A stretch of DNA of 62,831 bases, filler included, from Fonticula-like sp. SCN 57-25 (taxonomy: Eukaryota), in the NCBI GenBank assembly GCA_001724245.1. It is 8 parts of 8 records of this genome, joined end to end, with 100 filler letters (N's around TTAATTAATTAA, not from the genome) between each part and the next. Parts side by side here need not be neighbours in the genome. Positions count along the whole stretch, not along the records: positions 23,648 to 31,419 come from MEDX01000337.1; positions 31,520 to 39,281 come from MEDX01000338.1; positions 39,382 to 47,136 come from MEDX01000339.1; 5 more parts are not named here. One strand, written 5' to 3'. Under the pieces are notes generated by a model. The model had not been told where the DNA came from. It did no database searches and saw only the letters and a program-made list of their open reading frames with translations. Below are positions 30,095 to 39,669 of the stretch, in pieces. The translations under genes and the position numbers were made by a program. Within the stretch, counting starts at the first letter, position 1, and every line of letters starts with the position of its first letter.

Positions 30095-30679
30095 TTGTAC
30101 AAAAATAAAGAGTGAGAATGAATTTGAAGGTACTTGAATTGAATAGGAAAGGGAAAGGAAAGTCATGTGTGAATGCCAGTTTTGAATGGAAAAAGTACTT
30201 GAATTGGACTTATAAAAAATAAAAATATTACACCTTCCCACGTGGATGACATACCCCAACTGTACTACAGTCTTTTAATGCTTCTTTTTCGACCTTTTTT
30301 TCCCTTTTAATAGCCCGTTCATCCCATGTTCGTCTGCCACCAATCAAGTACTGGTGGATTTAGTAAAAGTTGGAATGGAAAAGAAAATTTTACGCGGGAA
30401 CGGAAATCTCGAACCTGATTGGTCAATTTAAGCGCCGTTACGGTTTCGATTTTTTGTAAAAGTGCGCGGTTCTTTCTTGGTCTCTCTCGCGATCGGCAAC
30501 GGAGCGACGTCGTTTGGCCTGCTGAAACACAACTGCGGGCGTCCAGCGCAGCGACTAACACGGCAAGCGCCCACATTTTCTTTCCTGTTTTAGGTCTGTC
30601 AAATTCAGGTACATTTCCAATGCCCAATGCCGCAGCCATGCATGTGTGCTAACGGGATGCATGTCGAAAGGATCTCGGC

Positions 30680-31419
30680 ATGGCGGAGGCGTACAACAAG
30701 CTTGAAAAGATTGGCGAAGGCACGTATGGCGTCGTGTACAAGGCAGAGGTCCGCGCGACCGGCAAGATTGTCGCGATGAAAAAGATTCGCCTTCAGACGG
30801 AAAGCGAGGGTGTTCCGAGCACGGCGCTCCGCGAGATTTCCGTTCTCAAGGAGCTGCATCATCCCAACATCGTCGAGTGCGCTACTTTTTTTTGTGTCTT
30901 TTTGCGCTAATTATGCGCTTTAATAGCCTTATTGATGTTGTGCAGAGCGATGCCAAGGTTTTCCTCATCTTTGAGTTCCTCGATCGGGATCTCAAGCGCT
31001 ACATTGACCTCACCGCGTCATCGCCCGTGAGCATCAAGCTCGTCAAGGTACAAACTGTGCCAAATTTTCCTTTCCACTAAGCTCCTTTTCTAGTCGTATG
31101 TGTATCAAATTCTGCAGGGCCTCAACTATTCTCACGCGCGCCGCATCCTTCACCGCGATCTCAAGCCGCACAACCTCCTCCTCGATGAGGCCGGCACGAT
31201 CAAGCTCGCCGACTTTGGCCTCGCGCGCGTCTTTAGCGTGCCCGTGCGCGCCTACACGCACGAGGTCGTCACTTTGTGGTACCGCGCGCCCGAGATCCTC
31301 CTCAACTCGTCCAACTACTCGACGGCGGTGGACATTTGGAGTCTGGGGTGCATCTTTGCAGAGATGGTCAACCGCCGCGCGCTGTTCCAGGGCGATTCGG
31401 AAATTGACCAGCTTTTCCG
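30680..31419 (+). CDS. CDK1/2-like cyclin-dependent kinase with PSTALRE helix, 3' truncated
   Basis: [64 protein letters not shown]. Confidence 0.93.
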
Positions 31420-31519
31420 NNNNNNNNNNNNNNNNNNNNNNNNNNNNNNNNNNNNNNNNNNNNTTAATTAATTAANNNNNNNNNNNNNNNNNNNNNNNNN
31501 NNNNNNNNNNNNNNNNNNN

Positions 31520-33809
31520 ATGCCCGTCGGCGACGAGTTGAGTGTCTCGGGCATCGCGCCAAAGTGGAACGTGCAGCAGTACGCGAGCGTGCCGACGAGC
31601 GTCTGGAAGACGAGCGGCGGCCGGCGGATGCGCTGGTAGATTGGCTCGCCGCGCGCTTCGGCGGCAGCATCATGTTTCTATCGGTAGAAAGGGTGAGGAA
31701 AATAGGAAATGGGCCAATGGGGGCGCACGTCAATGATGAGCTGGCGGCGGAGAAGGTCGATTTGGTCGGCGAGCGTGTCGCGTTCGGCAGCAAAGATTTC
31801 GCCGTGGTGGTTCATGTACGCGTGGCACTGCTCAAAGGCGCCAAGGCGGTGCAGCGGCTACACGCGGTCAGTCAAGAAAAGCAAAAAAATATTTATGGCG
31901 CACGTCGGAGAGGCGGTAGCAGCGGCTCAGGCGAAGAAGGCCTTCGTCGTAGAGGCGGCCGACGGCTAGCAAAAGCCGCGACATTTCATCAAATTCATAC
32001 TTTTTGCGGTAATATTCTGCGGGAAAATATGAGGAAAGGACCAATAGGAAAGCTTTACGTACGTAGAAGAGCAGTGACGGCGGCCGGTCGCGTGCTCATG
32101 ACGCTGGCAAACCTCTTGTACTTTGACGTCCGCTATCACAACTGTCAGCACAAAAATCATTCACAAATCAACAACGAACCTGTAGATAGAGGCTGGCCTC
32201 GAGTATGGCGTCGCTGTAATTGCACGTAATTGAATAGTCTAGCATCTCGAGCTTTTCCCCGAAATCGCGAATGCGGCCAAACTCGTAGCTGCCGCCGCTC
32301 ATGAAGCGGTCAATGATTTCAATAGGGCTTAGCGTGGCCGGATTCTCTTCGCGCAGCTTTTTTATCTTTTTCTTTAGCAACGCATTCTCAGCTAATAAAA
32401 AAATGGTTAGAAGAGGAGCAGCAAGTGACTTGTGCGTACAAAGGACAGAGTCGATGTAACCGACCACGTGGGGAGGAAGAGCGTCGGCGTCGATCGAGGC
32501 GGCGCGCAGCATTGCCGACGTCGCGTCGATGGTCGGCTGGGACGCGCCGAGCACGGTCGATGCGGCAGACGCATTGGAACGGCGTGGCGGCGCCTCATTA
32601 GGCAAAGGCGATGCAGCAACAACAGCAGCAGCTGAAGAAGATGATGCAGCAGCAGCAGATGATGATGATGCAGCGGCTGAAGCAGATGATGATGCAGCAG
32701 ATGTCGCCGGTAGCGGTGACAGCGGCGAGATCATTGATGCAGGTCTCGGCGGCTGAGGTGGCGGCTGCGCCGCAGGCACCGCCATCGACATTGGCCGCTG
32801 CGCCGGTGCGCCTGCCTTTGCCGCTGGCGCAAACTCTGTCTGCGGCGATTCCATGAGCGACTCGTAGCTCGGCAGGATGGGCCGCGGCTTGGACGGCAGC
32901 GGCGGGGGCGGCGCGTCAGGATCATCGAATGGATTTGTGCTGGAAGAGGCGTTCAATGGGTCCTTGACGGCTGGAGCACTCGACCGCGCCGCGCTGATTG
33001 GCGTGCTAGGTTCACGAGGGCTTTCAAATGGGTTGGGGATTGGCTGGTCGTCGTCGAACGGGGTGCTGACTGGCCGGTTGTCATTCGGATTCTCGAACGG
33101 GTTGGGGATCGGCTCTTCAGTTGGGCTCTCGAACGGGTTGCTGCCGGGCGCAGGCGCCTTGCCTGCCGCGGCGCGGGAGACTGGAACAGCGCGAGGAGGT
33201 GCAGGCGGTGCGGCACGAGCGGGTGCAGGAGGAGCGCTGCTCGGCTCGCCAAAGGGAGTGGGCCCGGACGATGCCACTGCAGGTGACGCCGGTGCGTCGT
33301 CAAAGGGGTTCAGCGAGGATCCGCTCGATGAAGAAGATGCGCGAGCGGGCGTCGCGGGCGCCTTTGCCGCTGCGCCGGAAAAGTACATTGCAAGAAAAGA
33401 TCCGCTTGCAGGTGCCTCGGCGGGGGCGGCAGGGGAAGGGGCAGCGGGGGATGGGGCCGCCGAGGCCGAAGCAGGAGCAGCCGCGGCAGAAGAGGGAGAA
33501 GGGGCGACGGAAGGGCGCATGAGCGGCGCGGCGCTGTTGCCGCCTATCACTTCCCAGTTCTCGTTCGAGTTGGCTTCGGCGCCGCTGTCAATGTTGTCGA
33601 CCAGCAGATCACACTACGCATGGTCAGTCACGAGCACGCCGGTCCCTCGAGCGCACCTCCTCCATCTCGATGACCGCGTCGGCCTCCTGGACGTTGGTTC
33701 GCTCGCGCAGCAGCGCTATATAGTCGCCATCGTCTGACCTGGCGCCTGGTACGCCGGCCGCGCCGCGGCGGAACGAGCTTCCCGAGGCCAAGTTGGAGAA
33801 GGCGCTCAT
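31520..33809 (-). CDS. VIPAS39/SPE-39 (Vps16B)-like protein with NPF-rich N-terminal extension, 3' truncated
   Basis: Spliced SYEFGRIRDFGEKLEMLDYSITCNYSDAILEASLYLQ-RTSKYKRFASVMSTRPAAV resembles VIPAS39 YSLERFRSLQDKLQLLEEAV...NVITAVLIFLKRTL. Five NPF and two TPF motifs lie upstream. Confidence 0.62.
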
Positions 33810-34603
33810 CCCCGTCCGTTCACTTCGGCGACGATTGTGTTCGTTTGGTTTTGCGGCGGGAAATCTCCCCCAGTCCACCCCAGACTCTGCTCCCGCTATC
33901 GACCAATCAGCAATTCCGACGCAACAAATCGGCCATAAAAGTCACGTGACATTGGTGTGTTTTGATTGGCTAACCAGTCAAAGCCCAATTTTCACGCGAT
34001 TTGGTCCAGGCACCTAACCTACCCAAACCTACCAAAACGTACCAAGACGGACGCAAACCGACTTGCGTATCGGTTGATCGGCTGCCCGCGAAATTGTGGA
34101 AGTGACGGCCAAGAGCAGTTTTTTCCACCCCGGGACTTTCTACAACATCTGACCGTCAGGCGCCGCTCTCTTTTCCCAGCAGACGACGTCGGCAGTGCAG
34201 AAAAACACGCTTTAAAGAAGCAGAGCGCAGTATTTGCGTAGGCGACCGCGATTGTCGAGTTTTTTTGGGGAGGGTACGCACCACGTCATAGGTTGCGGGG
34301 GGATCGGGCGTGTTGTGGCGATGGGGTTGGCGGAAAGGGATGCGGCTGGGTGGACCGCGGGGATAGCCTTGTATCGTTGTGGCTTGCTGGTTAATATGGG
34401 CTTGTGCGGATATTTTATATCATTTGCATTGTTTTATACTAATCTTGGTCAATTCTGCAGCTCTGTTGGTGCGTTTTTCCTACCAGAATCGCTGGTGGTA
34501 TTGGCGATCCGAGGCAGATCCTTGCCGCCCTCTCTTCCTTTCGAGTGTGGCGCGTCCGTTATCGGTGCTCCACTGAACCAGAGAGCGCCGCTATCCCTGT
34601 GTG

Positions 34604-37600
34604 ATGGCATACGTGCTTAACGGTGTCCAATCGAGCAGTACTAGGAATAATAGCAGCGGCGGCGGAGTTGGCGCAGTAGGTAGCCAATTTACGCCCGCGC
34701 ACTCGCTTCTCAAAGTCGAGCAACCCTTTTCTTCTTCTCTTTCTCCCGCTACAGTCTTTGGTGATCTTGCATTGGTCCCCGAGTCGCCCGACGACGCCTT
34801 GTCGCCGCACTCGTCGCCGTACCTCTCCGACTCGAGCCCACTAGCGCATCTCGAGGAGGGCGACATGGCCACGGGCAGCTCCGGCTCGGGCGCCGACGCC
34901 GCGTTCCGCTTTGACGGCGCGTCACCAAACATTTTTACGCCGAGCGAGCAGCGCTACTTTAGCGACTTTCTCGATCAGCTGGCTAACAACGACGAGGCGC
35001 GCGTGATGCCCGCCTTGGACGGCACCTTTCTGCACCCCATGGGCCAGATGAGCGGCACCTCGCCGTTCCGCATGCCGCAGGCAGACATTTCGACCGCGCA
35101 GCACACGGCTTACGACGACCGCAGCGGCAGCCAGTTTGACCTCCACATGCAGGCGCACTGGCAGCAGCAGCAGCAACAGCAACAGCAGCTTCTCCAGCAG
35201 CAGCAGCACCTGCAGCGCCACGCGGCGCCGCCGTCGTCGGTGAACCCCTACGCCATGTCGGACCGCTCCATGCTCGGCACGACGCAAATGTCGCAGGTGT
35301 CGGGGCAGGTCGGCCCAGCGACGCCGGCGCCCAGGAACCAGCGCAGGACACCCGCGCGCGCCCCCGGTGGAGGTGTCAGCAAGGCCGGGCGCGTGCGCTC
35401 GGGCAGCGTCGGCGGGAATGGAACGCCGCCGCTGAACCCCGCGGCAATTGCGTCCGCGGCCGCCGCTGCCGCCGCCGCATCGAATGCCGCCGGCGGGCAG
35501 ACACCGCTCGGTCTCCCCATCCACCCTGTGCTGCAGAGCAATGTAAAGCCATCGCTGGCTCGCGGCGCGCGGCCGCAAAAGATGGAGGACGAGGACGAGG
35601 ATGATGATCTGAGCGACGACGCCCTGCGCAACAGCCAGCGCGAGCTGCTGACCGAGGAGGAGAAGCGCCAGAACCACATCAACTCTGAGAAGAAGCGCCG
35701 CAACAATATCCGCCAGGCCTTCAAGACGATGACGGACATTATCCCGTCGCTCAACGGCACAAATTACAGCAAGGCGACCATCCTCAACAAGGCGAACGAG
35801 TACCTCGTCCACCTCAAGGAGCGCAACAGCGCGCTCAGCTCGGAGGTGTACCGCCTTCGCGAGATGCTCGAGAAGCGCGGGATCGACTCTGCCGGCGCGT
35901 CCGCCGCTCCCGCCGACCCGCACGCGTCCGCCGCCCACAACGCCGCCGCCGTGCCGGCGAGCAGCGGGAGCACGCCCGAGGTGTCGTGGTCGCGCGGCAC
36001 GCCCGCCTTTTCGGACGAGGTCAAGATCTTTGTCGTGTGGTCGTGCTTCCTCATGGCCATGGTGAACCCGATCACGGGCGGCGGCGCGTCGGGCGATGAC
36101 ACTTCGTCGTCCGAGGTCGGCCGCTCGCTGCAGTCTGTCGCTGCGCCGTCGAGCTTTGACGCCGCGTGGCCCCTGCTGTCGGCGTTTGCGTCGTGGTTCT
36201 GGGTGGCCCGCTGGCTGTTTGTCGCGCTTGCGCTGTACATGTCGTTGACGCTCGACTACTTTGTCAAGCCCAACAGCAAGGCGTCGCAGCACGCGCGCGA
36301 GTACCGCCTCAAGGGCGAGAAGGAGCCGTTCTTCCGCCGCGAGCAGTACTTTTTGTCTGCGCTCTCGTCGCTCGGCAGCCCGCTGCCGTCGACCAACGTC
36401 GGCCTTGTGATGAGCCTCGTGTGGCAGGCGTCGCGGCAGCTTCTTCACCTTCTCGTGTTTGGCCGCGTCGTTGAGGCGTTCCTCGTGCGCGTCCGCCGCG
36501 TCGAGCCGTCCGTGTTTGAGCTGGCGCACAACTTTCACGCGCTTGCTCACCAGTACATTTCCTCTGAAGCCGTGCCGCTCAAGGCGTGGGTGAGCCTTCT
36601 TCGCGCGCTCAACCTTGCCGAGTGCACGTCGGCCGACAACAACCCGCTGCTCGCCGAGATCTACTCGTCCATCTCGTTCCAGGTCCAGTTCCACCTGCCC
36701 AACCTGTGGGTCTTCAAGCGTCTGGCGCGCCACTACCGCGCGCGCGCCGACGCGATCCGTGCGCGCGCCGACTGCTCGACCAAGACGCTCGGCTACGTGT
36801 CGATGCACGATGCCTTTGAAAAGATGGCCAAGGGCCACCTGACCGAGGCGGCCGTCGAGCTGCGCAACGTTGGGCGGCTCTTTATGGACTGTGGCCGCCA
36901 CCGCTCCGCCTGGGAGGTGCTCGTCTTTTACAGCCTCGCGCGCCACATTCGCGGCGAGGCGACCGAAACGCTCAAGGCCGCCGCCGAGATCCGCGACGTC
37001 TTTTCGGTGCACATTCGCGAGATGGCCCGCGGTGACGACGCGGAGAACGGCGACGTTGACCCCGACACGCGCAACATTCTCGTGAGCCAGCTGCTGTGGT
37101 CCGACATGCTGAGCTGCCTCGCGCTGCTCGAGACGCTCGACGTCGGGCAGGCCGCCGCGGTGCACGCGCGCGCCGCCGACCTTGCCAAGATGTGCAGATA
37201 CGACGAGGCAAAGTGGAGCGAGAGCGGGCACCTGCAGCAGGTCGTCTACCACGCGCTCACCACTGCCGTCCGCGGGCGGCAGGGCGACACCAAGCAGATG
37301 CTGGCCGAGGCGACCGAGGCGATCAAGCTGTTTGACAATGTGCAGCAGCCAATGTTCTTTGGCGTGTCGTACCTCGCGTACGTCCTCGTCGCCGACGCGC
37401 TCGTCGAGGCGTGGCTGCGCGCCGTCGACACGGCCGACACGGACGACGTGCCCACCATCGCCGCCATGCTCGCCGCCGTCTCAAGTCACCTCGCCTCCTT
37501 TACAAGCAACTTTGCGTTTGCCGAGCCGCGCTGCCTCACGGTCGCCGGCGTCGCCGAATGCCTCGCGGCAAAGGACGCCGCCACGACAGAGAGCGGCCGC

Positions 37601-37810
37601 GACAAGCTCAGGCGCGCAGCGGCCGCCGGCATGCGGCTCGACATGCCGCTCGACGCCGCGTACGCCGCCTTCTTTTACGAGCGGTTCAGCGACACGCCAG
37701 AGCTCGAGCAGATCACGCAGGCGAGGAGCGTGTGCCACAAATTGGGCGCAGAGCACAAGGCAAACGTCATCGAGCTCTATCTGCACACCAACTTTGGCAA
37801 GCGCTTCTAA
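34604..37810 (+). CDS. SREBP-like membrane-bound bHLH-ZIP transcription factor (start uncertain)
   Basis: bHLH KRQNHINSEKKRRNNIR...SKATILNKANEYL; TM1 ending MVNPI; luminal GRSLQ; TM2; SREBP-type C-terminal motifs RQLLHLLVFGR and ALNLAEC...LAEIY. Confidence 0.8.
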   Translation: MAYVLNGVQSSSTRNNSSGGGVGAVGSQFTPAHSLLKVEQPFSSSLSPATVFGDLALVPESPDDALSPHSSPYLSDSSPLAHLEEGDMATGSSGSGADAAFRFDGASPNIFTPSEQRYFSDFLDQLANNDEARVMPALDGTFLHPMGQMSGTSPFRMPQADISTAQHTAYDDRSGSQFDLHMQAHWQQQQQQQQQLLQQQQHLQRHAAPPSSVNPYAMSDRSMLGTTQMSQVSGQVGPATPAPRNQRRTPARAPGGGVSKAGRVRSGSVGGNGTPPLNPAAIASAAAAAAAASNAAGGQTPLGLPIHPVLQSNVKPSLARGARPQKMEDEDEDDDLSDDALRNSQRELLTEEEKRQNHINSEKKRRNNIRQAFKTMTDIIPSLNGTNYSKATILNKANEYLVHLKERNSALSSEVYRLREMLEKRGIDSAGASAAPADPHASAAHNAAAVPASSGSTPEVSWSRGTPAFSDEVKIFVVWSCFLMAMVNPITGGGASGDDTSSSEVGRSLQSVAAPSSFDAAWPLLSAFASWFWVARWLFVALALYMSLTLDYFVKPNSKASQHAREYRLKGEKEPFFRREQYFLSALSSLGSPLPSTNVGLVMSLVWQASRQLLHLLVFGRVVEAFLVRVRRVEPSVFELAHNFHALAHQYISSEAVPLKAWVSLLRALNLAECTSADNNPLLAEIYSSISFQVQFHLPNLWVFKRLARHYRARADAIRARADCSTKTLGYVSMHDAFEKMAKGHLTEAAVELRNVGRLFMDCGRHRSAWEVLVFYSLARHIRGEATETLKAAAEIRDVFSVHIREMARGDDAENGDVDPDTRNILVSQLLWSDMLSCLALLETLDVGQAAAVHARAADLAKMCRYDEAKWSESGHLQQVVYHALTTAVRGRQGDTKQMLAEATEAIKLFDNVQQPMFFGVSYLAYVLVADALVEAWLRAVDTADTDDVPTIAAMLAAVSSHLASFTSNFAFAEPRCLTVAGVAECLAAKDAATTESGRDKLRRAAAAGMRLDMPLDAAYAAFFYERFSDTPELEQITQARSVCHKLGAEHKANVIELYLHTNFGKRF

Positions 37811-38113
37811 TTCTGTCAACTTTTCTGTTATATCTTTGCATGGAATCCGCCGCCTTGACTTTTTTGCGTAGAGGCGACTTTCAGCTTTTGAGGCGTTCAC
37901 TTTTGCCTTTCGTTGTACAGTGACGTGTGGAAACACCGTTGAATCATAATAATAATATGAATCTCAAGTAATATCCTCATGGATATGCCTCTGTATTAGG
38001 CCACCATGTGCATTGTAAGTTCCCCTACTATACTCTCTCTCTATGAGGACAGCGCAAATGGCAAAATATGTGAAAGACGATTTATGTGACATTACAAACT
38101 AACCAATCACCCT

Positions 38114-38648
38114 TTAGATAATGCCCATCTACACGCGCGCACAGAGTTAGCCACCCGCATCTAACAAAAGAGATCATGTATCGTACCTTGTTGGCAATCT
38201 CAAGAGCATCCTGGTCGGCGTGGACGCGCACAAAGGCCTTCTTGTCGCCTCCGGGACGCACGAGCGTGTTGACCGACGTGGCCTTGATGTCGTAAAGCTT
38301 CTTCACGGCCTGCTTGATCTGGTGCTTGTTGGCACGGACATCGGCAATGAAGACGAGGGTCTGGTAGTCCTCAATCTTCTTCATGGCCGACTCGGTCGTG
38401 AGGGGGTACTTGATAACGGCAAACTCATCAAGGATGCGCTTGGCCTCGACAGCGTGGCGGGGGTACTTGGGCTGGCGGGGGATCGAAAGCGTCTTGGGGA
38501 GGTGGAAGGTCACCGAGGTGCGGAGGTTGCGAGCACCCTTCGAGGCGGTGCCCTTAACGACAGCCTTCTGGGCAGCCTGGGCCTGAGCCTTGGCCTTCTG
38601 AACGCCCTTACCCTTGGTGGCCGGAGCCGCCTTGGCAGCAGCCTTGGC
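38114..38648 (-). CDS. RPL23A: 60S ribosomal protein uL23 (L23a/L25); first exon not located, probably beyond the contig end
   Basis: [58 protein letters not shown]. Confidence 0.96.
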
Positions 38649-38794
38649 TACATCAGCAAAGCAACGTCAGTAATCAATCCAAAAAGCGCGATCAAACAAG
38701 CCCCAAACGATCACAAAACACACACAAAAGGCGCATAGAAGCGCAAACCAAAAGAGCAAGAGCGAGATCTCACACAACAGGAAAGGGTGGTAAT

Positions 38795-38868
38795 CAATGT
38801 CAGACTCAACGTTAACCTCATGAAATTGTCTGTCAGTACAGGTCTGTGTTGGAATATCATCATTCGAA
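38795..38868 (-). ncRNA. Intronic box C/D snoRNA, snR56/SNORD25-like
   Basis: Minus strand: box C ATGATGA, guide CACAGACCTGT-A-CTGA (D') complementary to conserved 18S ACAGGUCUGUG, C'-like ATGAGG, terminal box D CTGA. Lies upstream of the RPL23A acceptor on the same strand. Confidence 0.88.
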
Positions 38869-39387
38869 ACCACCCCTCCTATAGAAATCCCACCAAAGCA
38901 ACACCCTGTCATCCAGCAGCAACGGCACAGACGTGCGGATGCAGCGCCAGACAAGCAGGACGCCGCCGGATGGCGATGCTAGTCGATGGATGCCTCGTGC
39001 ATCCGACCGAGTTCTCCGTGGACCCAAACCGCCATCCGACCCCATAATCATCCAAACCACACACAACACAACACGTTCCCGTCCCTCTCCCCGGATGCCG
39101 CAGCAGGCCAGAGGCCCCGCTTCGCCAAAAGTAACGCACTGTCCTGCTTGGGGGCCATCGTCGATGGATGCGGCAGTAAAAGAGACCGAACGAACAGAGT
39201 GCCAGCAGCACAAAATCCACCCGGATCGTCTCTATGAGAGACGATTTCATGAAATGTTTGAAATGATGTGTCAGCGTTACGNNNNNNNNNNNNNNNNNNN
39301 NNNNNNNNNNNNNNNNNNNNNNNNNTTAATTAATTAANNNNNNNNNNNNNNNNNNNNNNNNNNNNNNNNNNNNNNNNNNNNTGATTT

Positions 39388-39461
39388 TGGGCCGGGGGAG
39401 AATCGAACTCTCGACCTCCAGATTATGAGACTGGCGCTCTAACCGACTGAGCTACCGGCCC
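39388..39461 (-). tRNA. tRNA-Met (CAT), elongator type
   Basis: GGGCCGG/CCGGCCC acceptor stem, GCTC/GAGC D-arm, anticodon loop CTCATAA with U31-U39, GTTCGAT T-loop, no encoded CCA. Confidence 0.96.
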
Positions 39462-39669
39462 ATAACAATAGGCTAGAAATAAAGTCTTTTATTTGTTTGA
39501 TTATGTTGGACTTGAATTTCTTTGAACTTCAATCCCTACTCTGACCTTTTGCATAGAAAAGACAGTCGCAGGCCACAAGCAGCCAAACAGGGTAGATCAC
39601 AAGAAAAATTCACAGATAAAATAATAGTAAAAGAATATTTATTTTAACAATTCGCAGGCAAATTCGAAC

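Noticed and set aside
34922-37252. Long antisense ORFs (also 2756-4000, 42865-43914, 51612-53558)
   Set aside because: Shadow frames produced by high GC3 in genuine sense genes; no motifs.
39246-39281. Second box C/D snoRNA at the contig end
   Set aside because: Only one CTGA is visible, the box C would lie beyond the gap, and no guide target could be assigned.
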